From: an uncultured Verrucomicrobiae bacterium
GTDB lineage: Bacteria; Verrucomicrobiota; Verrucomicrobiia; Limisphaerales; JAFGQR01
DNA length: 64,000 bases
Assembly: GCA_963788655.1 (NCBI GenBank)
Contig: CAWBHS010000007.1
Span: forward strand, 1 to 64,000
Reading direction: 5' to 3'
Shown here: piece by piece, positions 41,995-51,182 of the stretch
How the letters are laid out: every line of letters starts with the position of its first letter
How positions within the stretch are numbered: the stretch's first letter is position 1
The notes under the pieces: generated by a model
Seen by the model: only the letters and a program-made list of their open reading frames with translations
The model's database searches: none
What the model was told of the DNA's origin: nothing
Position numbers and translations under genes: made by a program

Positions 41995-43416
41995 ATGGAA
42001 CTGGGACGGCCGATACCCGATTCATTGCACGCGGTATCAATGGCGTTGCCCCGCTGGCAGGACGTGGTGGGCTATGAAGAGAAACGCCCCGAAGTGCTGG
42101 CGCGTTTGGAGGTGGGTTATCCGCGGTTCATGGTGCATCCATTCGTGCGGCAAATCGCCGACGAACTGGGTGACGGGCAACCCTGCTTGCCGTTCTCGTC
42201 CGCGCGGGCCGCCGGGCAATGTGCCGCGTTTATCCACCGTCACTCTGGCGCCGCGGCCACGGACATTGTGCATCGCGGATTGCACGCCGTGCGAACCACT
42301 CCCGCGGGCCAAGCCGCGCTGCGCGCTTTTTGGCAACACGCCGGATGGATCGTCTCCAGCCGGCAGGCCGAAGCGTGGTTGGCTGGCCGGAGCGAATCCG
42401 CGGATGCGCCGGCCATTCGCCAGTCCTTGCGCCAGCAATTGGCGGCGTTTTACAGTTGCGCGCCCGAGGATGTGTTTTTAACCCCCACCGGCATGGCGGC
42501 GCAGCATTCCGCGCTACGGACGCTGTTGCAACGCACGCCGGGACATCCCACCGCGCAACTGGGTTTTCCTTATGTCGATACGTTGAAACTCCAGCAAAAG
42601 CTTGGGCACGGCGGCGTGCTGCTCCACGATCTCGAACACATCGAGCGCGAGCTGCGAGTGCTGCTGGATCGTCAACCGCTGGCGGCCTGTTTTTGCGAGA
42701 TACCGGGCAACCCGCTGTTGGGTTCAGCCGACTTGCGCCGCATTACTCCCATGCTGCGCGCAGCCGGAGTGCCCTTGGTGGCTGATGACGTTGTCGCCAC
42801 CCCGTTTAATGTGGACCTTGACGCCCATGCCGACCTTATCGCCACCAGTCTTACGAAGTACATTGCCGGGACCGGGGACGTCATGGGCGGCGCGGTGATC
42901 TGCAATCCGCGGTCGCCGTATGCCGCCGAGCTGAAGACCATCTTGCAGGCGCAGCCCGAGGACTTGTTGTGGGAAGACGATGCGCTCGTGCTGGACCAAC
43001 AGGCGCGCAGCTTTCCGGACCGCATGCGCCGGCACAATGCGAATGGCCTATGGATTGCCGAGCGATTGCGTCATCATCCGGCGGTCGAAAAGGTGTGGTA
43101 TCCCAAATGGGAATTCAATGAAATCTATGAAGCGGTGCGGCGGCCCGCGGGCGGGTGGGGCTCGCTGGTAACGTTCTTGCCGCGCAACGCCGAGACGGCA
43201 TCTCCGATCATTTACGACCGCTTGACGTGTTGCAAGGGACCGAGCCTGGGCACGGTATTTACGCTGGCCTGCCCGTTTACGTTACTGGCGCATTACACCG
43301 AACTGGAGTGGGCCGAGTCCTGCGGTGTCTCCCGTTACCTGATCCGTATCTCGGTGGGGCTGGAAGATCCTGCTACGCTTTGGCAAGGCCTGGAGCAGGC
43401 GCTGCGAAAGCCCTGA
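41995..43416 (+). CDS. Cystathionine gamma-synthase, long (fungal Str2/Met-7-like) type
   Basis: G.PIP...HAVS..LP.W.DVVGYEE, GYPRF..HP, FPYVDTLK, E.PGNPLL, SLTKY..G.GDVMGG, KGPSLGT.FTLACP. Confidence 0.82.
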   Translation: MELGRPIPDSLHAVSMALPRWQDVVGYEEKRPEVLARLEVGYPRFMVHPFVRQIADELGDGQPCLPFSSARAAGQCAAFIHRHSGAAATDIVHRGLHAVRTTPAGQAALRAFWQHAGWIVSSRQAEAWLAGRSESADAPAIRQSLRQQLAAFYSCAPEDVFLTPTGMAAQHSALRTLLQRTPGHPTAQLGFPYVDTLKLQQKLGHGGVLLHDLEHIERELRVLLDRQPLAACFCEIPGNPLLGSADLRRITPMLRAAGVPLVADDVVATPFNVDLDAHADLIATSLTKYIAGTGDVMGGAVICNPRSPYAAELKTILQAQPEDLLWEDDALVLDQQARSFPDRMRRHNANGLWIAERLRHHPAVEKVWYPKWEFNEIYEAVRRPAGGWGSLVTFLPRNAETASPIIYDRLTCCKGPSLGTVFTLACPFTLLAHYTELEWAESCGVSRYLIRISVGLEDPATLWQGLEQALRKP

Positions 43417-43480
43417 CCCGGATATTTCCTGGACCGTCCAAACCGGAACCAAAGCAGAACAAGGAGTGCGGTTGTGTCCG

Positions 43481-43666
43481 ATGGACCAGCCGCAGCGGCA
43501 TAGAACCCGACCACGCGGGGAACATTTGGAAACCTTGCTGGGGCCGGACGTGCTGTCGCTGGCGCTCCGCACCGAGCCGCGCTCCAAGAACATCGTCGCA
43601 GATCGCGCAGATTTTGAACGTTACGTTGCCGCTTTGCCCCCTTGGATCCGTTCGCGGTTGAACTGA
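43481..43666 (+). CDS. Small hypothetical protein (61 aa)
   Basis: Fills the gap between convergent operons; host-like codon use; no recognisable motif. Confidence 0.35.
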   Translation: MDQPQRHRTRPRGEHLETLLGPDVLSLALRTEPRSKNIVADRADFERYVAALPPWIRSRLN

Positions 43667-43676
43667 ATAATTGTGA

Positions 43677-45677
43677 TTAAGGCGAGAGCGGGGGTGTCTC
43701 GAATTCGGCGAACGCTTGTTTTAGCGTTTTTGCCAGGTCGCGCTGGAGCTGCCGCCATTGGCTGGGACGGCGGAGCGGAAACATCTGGTTCACCTCGAGC
43801 TCGATTCCCACGTAATCGCTGCCGGCGTATTCCTCACGCAGATGCGTCACCAGTCCGTCGCTAACTCCGCGGTAGGGATAGTTGAAGCGCACTCGCCATT
43901 GTGGCGCGGCTTGCTGCAAACACGACCGCCAGATTTCGCTGAAGCGCTTCTCTGCTGGTCGGCGCGGATCAAAGAGCAGGCCAATGTCCGTATCGCGCAC
44001 TTTCCCGTTAAGGCGCGGGGTGAACGTATGGACGCCGAGGTGCAGCACGGAGTTGCCGGGGCGCAGGACGTCCAGTATCCGCCGTTTCACCACTTGCCGA
44101 TACGGCAGATAAAATGTCTCCAGCAGCTTGCTCTTGTCCGCCAGCGGAAGCTCACGCGAAAACTCCGACCACAATTGCGGGTGGCCCAGCGAACGGTTCA
44201 GTTCCACCAACAGCCGGCTGCAACCGCCCAGGGAAAGCGGTGCCCCAGTTTCGCGCGCCAGGAATCGCGCCAATTCGGCGGCACCCGGATCATAGCCACG
44301 ATGGGTTTGCCGAGCCTGGCCCGCGGCGATGGCTACGGTCCGGTAGCGCCGCGGAATGTGGTGGGTGGCGTGCTCGCAGGTCAGCAACAATCGGGGCTTG
44401 GCAACCAAGGTCCGCGACTTGGGAACCCGCGAAGGTTCAAAGGGAATGCCCAGTTCCAGGCAGGTGGCCAATTGACGATAGACCGAACGCAGTCGGTCCC
44501 GGTTGGGCCGGGGGCCGGTGGCGTTCAGAATTCGCCGGCTGAGGCAACCTTCACTCAGGATGAGTTCAATCCACGAGCGCCACGGAGCGTGGGCGGGCGC
44601 CACGGAATCCAGCAGGTGTTGCCAAATAAAGTCCGCCGTCCAACCGCGAAGTTTCTTCGGCGCGCCAAACGCCTCGAGAATGGCCCGCGATTCTATGGTT
44701 GCTTCGCCACCGTCCCGGGAAGTCCGCTCCAGCAAATCCGCCAGCACGTGGGTTCGCGGCTTGAGTTGCTGCGCGAACGACGACAGCGAGCCGTCGGTCA
44801 GGCGTCGCAATACTTCGGTGGCGAACTGCACGATGGCCAGATCGGCCGCGGGGCATTCCTGAATGTCGAGCACGCGCACTTCGATGGTGTTGCGCTCGAA
44901 GCGGGCGATGGCACCGCGCGCATTGGCCCATTCGTGCTGGAGTGTTCCTTCGGGATCGTGCGGAGCCAGATCGCGATAGATGCGCTCCAAAATCTTCTTC
45001 TGGTACTCCACGGACGACTTGATCGGTTCGGGCACGACTGCCGCCGTGAGGGACGGTATCCGCGCACAGTTCTTCCGGTAGGTGTCCAGCCGCATGTCGA
45101 GGAACGGCGCGCGGTGGCCATCGACGAACGGCGAACTGGCCGCCAGGGCGGGCAGGAGCGGCAGAATCAAGCGAATCGCCGTGTGCAGCCTGGCGAACTC
45201 GTCGTCATTGGCGAATGGCAGATTCAAATGCGTGGATTGCAGGTTGGTCCAACCGTGTCCGCGGCAGTCGAAGATGCGGTGGAAGGCCCGGTAGATGTCC
45301 CCGCAGTCGTGTGGCCAGAGCCGGCTTTCGCGGTGGGGATTCATCCATGGGTGCATGGCCGTGGGCAGGAGCGTCGCCCCCTCGGCCGCGAGCAGGCCAT
45401 TGACGAAGGTGACTTCGGATTGGAATCGCTGGGCCAGCGGCGCCAAGGATTTTACCGGTTCATCGGTCTTGAATTCGATGACGTGCAACGCCAGTTCATT
45501 GGACCAGGCCAGTGCGCCCCGGGTCACGTCACCATTGACGTGGCCGCTGACACGTTGGATGAGCCGGTCGGCGCGCGGCAAAACCCGCAGCGTGCGGGCG
45601 TCCACGATCATATATTCGAGTTCGATGCCGAACCGGGTGAACAGCGGAAAACAGGGAGGCTTGGGCGTGGCAGTCAT
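43677..45677 (-). CDS. Glutamate-cysteine ligase family 2 (GCS2) fused to N-formylglutamate amidohydrolase-like domain
   Basis: GIELEYMIVD, NELALHVIE, NLQSTHLNLP, ASSPF, IEVRVLD; then LTCEHA, HRGYDPGA, SRLLVELNRS, VHTFTP, NYPYRG, ELEVNQ. Confidence 0.9.
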   Translation of the reverse strand: MTATPKPPCFPLFTRFGIELEYMIVDARTLRVLPRADRLIQRVSGHVNGDVTRGALAWSNELALHVIEFKTDEPVKSLAPLAQRFQSEVTFVNGLLAAEGATLLPTAMHPWMNPHRESRLWPHDCGDIYRAFHRIFDCRGHGWTNLQSTHLNLPFANDDEFARLHTAIRLILPLLPALAASSPFVDGHRAPFLDMRLDTYRKNCARIPSLTAAVVPEPIKSSVEYQKKILERIYRDLAPHDPEGTLQHEWANARGAIARFERNTIEVRVLDIQECPAADLAIVQFATEVLRRLTDGSLSSFAQQLKPRTHVLADLLERTSRDGGEATIESRAILEAFGAPKKLRGWTADFIWQHLLDSVAPAHAPWRSWIELILSEGCLSRRILNATGPRPNRDRLRSVYRQLATCLELGIPFEPSRVPKSRTLVAKPRLLLTCEHATHHIPRRYRTVAIAAGQARQTHRGYDPGAAELARFLARETGAPLSLGGCSRLLVELNRSLGHPQLWSEFSRELPLADKSKLLETFYLPYRQVVKRRILDVLRPGNSVLHLGVHTFTPRLNGKVRDTDIGLLFDPRRPAEKRFSEIWRSCLQQAAPQWRVRFNYPYRGVSDGLVTHLREEYAGSDYVGIELEVNQMFPLRRPSQWRQLQRDLAKTLKQAFAEFETPPLSP

Positions 45678-45701
45678 TACGGGCGATTAAGGAGCGATGG
45701 A

Positions 45702-45829
45702 AATGACCAATGATCAATGACCAAGCACCAGAGAATACCCAAGTTCCACGCCTCAACATCAACTCGGTCGGCCACTGCGGGTGGATTGGTCATTGGGTAT
45801 TGGTCATCGCTGGTCATTGGTCATTGGTC
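45702..45829. repeat. Inverted AATGACC/GGTCATT heptamer element, copy 1
   Basis: Left arm of aatgacc-like units and right arm of ggtcatt units; intergenic within an operon. Confidence 0.85.
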
Positions 45830-45840
45830 CTTCTCAACGG

Positions 45841-47317
45841 TTATTCCTCGCGGCGTCCTTCGCGTTGGGATTCGAGGCGTTTGAGGAAGACCTCCATGAT
45901 ACGTTCGTATAGAAAGCGTTTGAGCATTTTGTCTTCGACGCCGCTGTCGAGACTCGGATTGTCATTGATCTCAATGATGTAACACTGGCCGTGGGACATT
46001 TTGAGGTCCACGCCGTAGAGGCCGTTGCCGATGAGGTTGGCCGCGCGCAAGGCGGTTTGCACCACGCGATGCGGCGCCATCTCGATGGGCAGGGTTTCAA
46101 AATCGCCGGTGTGATCGTCGCCGGTGACCTGGTTGTTGTAAATCTGCCAATGGTTGCGCGCCATGAAGTATTTGCAGGCATAGATCGGGCGCCGGTCAAT
46201 GATGCCAATGCGCCAATCAAAGTCCGTCCGGAGAAATTCCTGGGCGATCAGCAGGTCGGATTTTTCCAGCAACTGCGCCACATTGGTTTGGTATTCCTCC
46301 TCGGTATCCACTTTCACCACGCCCTGGGAAAAGGAAGAGTCCGGCTGTTTCAAGATCATCGGCAGCCCGAGTTTCTTTCGCACTTCATCGATGTTTTCGC
46401 GGTGCAGGATCTGGGTCTTGGGGGTCGAGATGCGATGGCGGGCGAGCAGCTCGGCGAGGAACACTTTGTTGGTACACTTGACGATGGACTCCGGATCGTC
46501 GATGACCACCAATCCTTCCGCTTCCGCCCGGCGGGCAAAGCGGAAGGTGGGATTGTTCACTGCCGTGGTATTGCGGATGAACAGGGCGTCAAACTCCGCC
46601 ACGCGTCCGTAGTCGTCCTGGTCAATTAATTCCACCGAAAACTGCAGGTCTTCGGCGGCCTCGCAGAAACGTTCAATCGCCTTTTCATCGGACGGCGGCG
46701 TGGGGTCGTCCGTGTCGCGCAGAATGGCCAGACTGTAGCGGGGCGGCGATTTGCGCATTGGACGGCTGGCCGGGCGAGCAAAGTAATCCTGGGCCAGTTG
46801 CAACACCGGATCCCGGTGCGACTCCGGAATTTCGTTATTAGAAATAGCGGTAATGCTTTTCATCTCCCATCCCTCGGGTTCCCGGAGGAACTGCGCGCGC
46901 AGGAACGGAACGGGAAACAGATTGAAGAGGGCGCGGGCGAGCCGGTCGTAGCGCTGATTGACGCTGCGCGAGAAATAGATCGACAGCACAAATTTGTCGC
47001 TCTGCAGGTGGCGGAGCGAATCGTCAATGAGATCCTCGAGGTCGCTCGAAAACGCGCGGGCCAGCGACTGGAATTTCAAATCCTGCATGGTCGCAATGCG
47101 CGGGAGCGGCTTGTGGCCACGAGCTTCGGCCAGCAGGGAGACGTAGTAGCCAGCGCTTTGGTATTTGTACCGAACGGCACAAGTTATAAACCCGGCAATG
47201 CCGCAGGGTCGAGTAGTGGGGATCGGTCAAGTAGGTGCGGGCGGCGACGACGGGAACGTTGGGCACGTGCAATGGCCATTTTTCCGGATTGTCCACCACG
47301 CAAAGAATTTGTGACAT
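45841..47317 (-). CDS. RimK-like ATP-grasp ligase with N-terminal RLAN domain; one +1 frameshift near 47171
   Basis: NLCRSYKYQSAGYYVSLLAEARGH (joined), ALFIRNTT, KQPDSSFSQGV, FDWRIG, YGVDLK, IEINDNP. Confidence 0.9.
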
Positions 47318-47395
47318 AACAGAAGTAACTCGAATTGGGAAAGAGATGCCACCGCCCTCCGGGAACACAGTTTCCTCCCGGGCGGTTCGTCAGCT

Positions 47396-48142
47396 TCAGC
47401 AGGTGCCGTTCATAGACAAAAACGCTTTCGGCTGGATAATTAGCAGGTTGGCGTCGTAGGTCAACACCCCAAGCAAAATCGCGTTGATCAGCCGCTGCAT
47501 GGGCACTTCATACGAATGGTCGGCGCTGAGCGGGTTTGCCGTATAGGGATCACCGATGGTCACGGTTTGGGTGGCCGGGTTGTAACCGCTGAGCACCACA
47601 AAATGCCCGAGCGGCTCTCCGCGAACGTCGTCATCTTTGTTGGTGTCCGGATTCTCGCGCGGCGACCGGTACAGGAACGTGGCGCTCAAGCCCGTGAGGA
47701 TGGGCGTGCCTTGCCGTAGATACTGTTCGATCAGGGCGCCCTGCAAATCCTCGTAGCGAATGTCGCCGCCGCGGAGAAGAAATTCCAAATACGCTCGCGC
47801 GGCCTGTCGCCGTTTGCCGGTGCGATGGCGAATTTGCAACCGCAATTTGGTGTGGAGATCCTGTCGTTCGGGATAAAACCAGGACGGATCAAAGATGCGC
47901 AGATTGTAAGTGTACAACGTCGCCTGGTAACCCCGCTGCAGGGCGTGCCCTCCCAACATGACTGCCAACGTTCCGCCTCCTTCCAGGGACGGGATTTCCC
48001 GGATCAACTGTTCCAGCATGACGTTGTCGCCGTAATACCCATAGACCGCTTGCAGGCAGGTGGGCCCGCAAGAGGTGTCGGTCGGTTGCGGCTGAATGGG
48101 CACATTCAACCGGCACCGCCAGGGTTGGGTGAGGTTCGTCAC
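47396..48142 (-). CDS. Peptidase C39-like protein
   Basis: QP.DTSCGPTCL (Gln/Cys), GHFVVLSGY (His), IGDP (Asp); GTG start 6 nt after a TACACT -10 box. Confidence 0.85.
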   Translation of the reverse strand: MTNLTQPWRCRLNVPIQPQPTDTSCGPTCLQAVYGYYGDNVMLEQLIREIPSLEGGGTLAVMLGGHALQRGYQATLYTYNLRIFDPSWFYPERQDLHTKLRLQIRHRTGKRRQAARAYLEFLLRGGDIRYEDLQGALIEQYLRQGTPILTGLSATFLYRSPRENPDTNKDDDVRGEPLGHFVVLSGYNPATQTVTIGDPYTANPLSADHSYEVPMQRLINAILLGVLTYDANLLIIQPKAFLSMNGTC

Positions 48143-48148
48143 GCGGGG

Positions 48149-48177
48149 AGTGTAATCTGCGCCGGTCGCGTTAGCAA
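48149..48177 (-). promoter_or_regulatory. Putative sigma70 promoter, leaderless, of the C39-RimK-GCS2 operon
   Basis: Minus strand TTGCTA-17 bp-TACACT-6 nt-GTG. Confidence 0.55.
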
Positions 48178-48205
48178 ACCGGACGCAACTATGCTGAAGC
48201 GCATC

Positions 48206-48541
48206 CATCGTAGGACAGCCGTCTCGGCTGTCCCGAACGGCGGCGGGCGTTCAATGGTAAGCGAATGTTCAGGGATACGACGAACGTCCTAGTCGTTCGG
48301 GACAGGCGGGACGCCTGTCCTACGGGGATGGGCGCATCTTCTGGCACCTGGGCTTTCGGATCTCGCGCCAGCGCATCGTAGGACAGCCGTCCCGGCTGTC
48401 TCGAATTTCAGTGGGCGCTGGATGGTAAGCGACTGTTCAGGGATACGACGAACGTCCTAGTCGTTCGGGACAGGCGGGACGCCTGTCCTACGGGAGCGGG
48501 CGCATCTTCTGGCACCGGGGCATTCGGATCTCGCGCCAGCG
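48206..48541. repeat. Tandem pair of 168-bp REPIN-like units (GTAGGACAG REP doublets)
   Basis: GTAG starts at 48210 and 48378. Each unit has gtaggacagccgt..ggctgtc and gggacaggcgggacgcctgtcctac in inverted orientation. Confidence 0.92.
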
Positions 48542-48595
48542 TTTGGAGTGCGCGAAGCTTGCTCCCGCTTTCGCTGGACCGGAAGCGCTGACGAC

Positions 48596-50860
48596 CTATC
48601 GCGCCGATTTCTCCAGAGCAGCGCGGTAATCACTGTCGTCGTGCGGCTGTTGCCAACCGTTGGTAGGCGCCGATAGCGTAGGGCGGTGCAGGGCCCACAT
48701 ATCATTGACGAAGTCATCCCAGGCCTGACCCTGGCGCGCCCATTCTTTGACGTGGTCGCGCCCGGTCGCTTCCTTGATGGTTCTCACAAAGGTGGCGTCA
48801 TTTTCGTACATCCAGCGATCGACGTAATCGAAAAAGGCAGCATGGCCCCAAGCTGGTTCGGCGTGCATGAGCCGCAATGCGAGGGCTTGCGCCACCCAGC
48901 CCACACTGGTGCAGCAGCGGCGATAGCTCTCGCTGGTATTCTGGCCGTCCTTCCATTGAGATGGCGGCGTGTGTTCGTACGGTCCCCAACCGTTGCCGCG
49001 TGAACGACCCGCGCCGGTCACGGTATCAATACCCGAGTGCCCAGTGAAGACCACCTTGGCGCCGGTCCAGCAATCACCGTAGGCGGTCTGTTCATCTTCG
49101 CCGAAACTGACTTGCGGAAAGGACTGGTTGATGCGCGCCAGTTGGTCCTCGCCCAATAGCAAGCCGGCGAAGACAATGGGCAGTTTGCGACCGCTGCCGT
49201 GCCCGCCCCAACAGGTCCAGCCGGGATGTCCGGCGCGGATCATGCCGGCCAGGTCGATGCCCACTTGCACGTAGTTCACCAGCAGCGGTTCCTTCTGCTC
49301 GGGCTTAAGGTCCGTACCCAACAACAAAGCGCTAATGCCCGCCACGCGGCCATATTCCAAACCGTATTGCGGCATGTTCTCGACCGGTTCCTCGAAGCCG
49401 AAGAAGCAGGGGCCCACCCACGGCCGCTGCGTAAACCGGATGTACTGTTCCACGTGGGGACGGCTCGGCGGTGCGGCGGCGGTGGGCAGCATTTCGCGCC
49501 GGAGGTTGCGGGCGAGGTAAATTTTTTGCTGGCGGTCGCAGAATGCCGGGCGGAAGGCATCCGCCGGCTGCGGTTCGGCCACGCAAGTCAGCACCGCCGC
49601 GGTACGGATCGGGCTGCTGTCGCCCTCGCCGCGTTCGATCTTGTTGCGCAATTGGGCGTGCAGCACCAAGCCTTTCAGCATGCTAATCGTCGCGACCAGC
49701 GAATCGCCGGGCTTCATCATCACGGGCAGTCGTTGAATGAGTGAAGGATCGAAATAGTTCCGCACGCCGCTGTCGTAGGCCACTTTCATCCGCGCCGGTG
49801 GATTGAGCATGAAACCATTTCGAACCCGTTGTCTTTCCGGACGCTCCTTGTCGATATGGTCCAATTGTCGCGGGGGAATTTCCGTGCCGTACAGCGGCCG
49901 CGGAGCGATGGCCGTGATGGTGGCCGATCCGACTACGTACCAATCGCCGTTGATGAATTGCCCGACGCGCGCCGGTTGGGCAAACGTCCAAGTAATACCG
50001 TATTGGGAGACGCTTGCGCGCAACGATAGGGCTTCGAGTCTGGGCGTTGGGGGTGCGTTGTCCTGGGTGTACGGAGTCATCGTCCGCCGGATCGCTGGGT
50101 CCGCGGCGATCGTCTGCTGGTCGTACGGATCGTGCTCACCGGGGGGAGTGAACGGTTCCACCGGTCCACCCAATGTGACCGAAATATCATCCACCCAAAT
50201 AGTCTGCGCCTTGTCCTTGCCGCTGTCGCCCCAGATGGCAATCGCGCTGAAGCCGTTCAAACCGGTCTTGTCCGGATCCACGGCGCTGACCTCGCGATCA
50301 TTATGGAGCACTTGGAGGCCGACTTGCGGATCAAAGTCAAAGGTCCATTTGTGCCAGCCAGCCGGCGCGCGTTTCACGCCCAGCCAGAACAACTGGTCGA
50401 ACCAGTCTTTGGCGTCGCATGCGGTGGCGGTGTAACCTTCGGCGCCGCCAAGATAACTGGCGTACAGGATGCCAACCGCCAGCACGTTCCCATCGCGCTG
50501 GACCAGTCCCCAACGAGGACCGGGGCGATTGACTTTGGGATTGTCGGGTGTCGTGCCGTCGTCATACACCCAAAACTCGACTTTACCCGAGGCGTCCTGG
50601 TCCCGAAGTTTCAACCAGGCCTTGCCGCCGGAACCGATTTTGAGCGCCCCACCGGAACCGCTCTGATCCTTGGTCGTATCAATGAGCACTTCGCCCGTAA
50701 GAGTCCAAGCGGACAGGGATGCGTTGCCATCGAACGTCAAATGCCTGGTGGGCGCGTTCAGTGGCCCAGGGGCGGGGGCGTTCTCCTGGCTCCAGAGAAA
50801 CGGCGCGAAGCTGATGACGCTGGCGGTGAGCAGGCCAATGGATAGCAAATGCTTTAGCAT
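48596..50860 (-). CDS. Secreted hypothetical protein (754 aa), N-terminal beta-sandwich-like region
   Basis: Signal-like N-terminus, long ORF with host codon use, Trp/Gly-rich; no family recognised. Confidence 0.75.
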   Translation of the reverse strand: MLKHLLSIGLLTASVISFAPFLWSQENAPAPGPLNAPTRHLTFDGNASLSAWTLTGEVLIDTTKDQSGSGGALKIGSGGKAWLKLRDQDASGKVEFWVYDDGTTPDNPKVNRPGPRWGLVQRDGNVLAVGILYASYLGGAEGYTATACDAKDWFDQLFWLGVKRAPAGWHKWTFDFDPQVGLQVLHNDREVSAVDPDKTGLNGFSAIAIWGDSGKDKAQTIWVDDISVTLGGPVEPFTPPGEHDPYDQQTIAADPAIRRTMTPYTQDNAPPTPRLEALSLRASVSQYGITWTFAQPARVGQFINGDWYVVGSATITAIAPRPLYGTEIPPRQLDHIDKERPERQRVRNGFMLNPPARMKVAYDSGVRNYFDPSLIQRLPVMMKPGDSLVATISMLKGLVLHAQLRNKIERGEGDSSPIRTAAVLTCVAEPQPADAFRPAFCDRQQKIYLARNLRREMLPTAAAPPSRPHVEQYIRFTQRPWVGPCFFGFEEPVENMPQYGLEYGRVAGISALLLGTDLKPEQKEPLLVNYVQVGIDLAGMIRAGHPGWTCWGGHGSGRKLPIVFAGLLLGEDQLARINQSFPQVSFGEDEQTAYGDCWTGAKVVFTGHSGIDTVTGAGRSRGNGWGPYEHTPPSQWKDGQNTSESYRRCCTSVGWVAQALALRLMHAEPAWGHAAFFDYVDRWMYENDATFVRTIKEATGRDHVKEWARQGQAWDDFVNDMWALHRPTLSAPTNGWQQPHDDSDYRAALEKSAR

Positions 50861-50999
50861 ACGACTGAGTTTTGTGGATGACGCGGAAGCAAGAATTTCG
50901 CAAGCCGCGAAATTTTTTCGCTGCTCAAATCCAAAGGAGAAGGGAAGATTGAAGGCCGATCCTTGAAGTCATAAACCCGAATGCGGCAATCCAATTCTC

Positions 51000-51167
51000 G
51001 GTAGGGCGAGACTCCGTCGAGCCCTGACTTCTCCGCATCGTTTCCGCCGGCCGACAGCGTCAACGCGGGGAGGTTTCGGCGTTCGAACAGCAAAGTTTTT
51101 TTTGGCTCGGTCATTCGTTGTTGAGCGTGCTCAGGGAAGTCAGGGCTCGACGGAGTCTCGCCCTACC
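51000..51167. repeat. REPIN-like element (GTAGGGCGAGAC family), copy 1
   Basis: ggtagggcgagactccgtcgagccctgactt with its perfect inverted copy aagtcagggctcgacggagtctcgccctacc. Confidence 0.93.
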
Positions 51168-51182
51168 CAACGCCGTCGGCTG

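Noticed and set aside
43758..45713. 651-aa plus-strand ORF and other long antisense ORFs
   Set aside because: Shadow frames of well-supported genes in GC-rich DNA.
48206..48541. Possible CRISPR array
   Set aside because: Only two 168-bp units, the 'spacers' are themselves homologous, the repeats are inverted REP pairs, and no cas genes are present.
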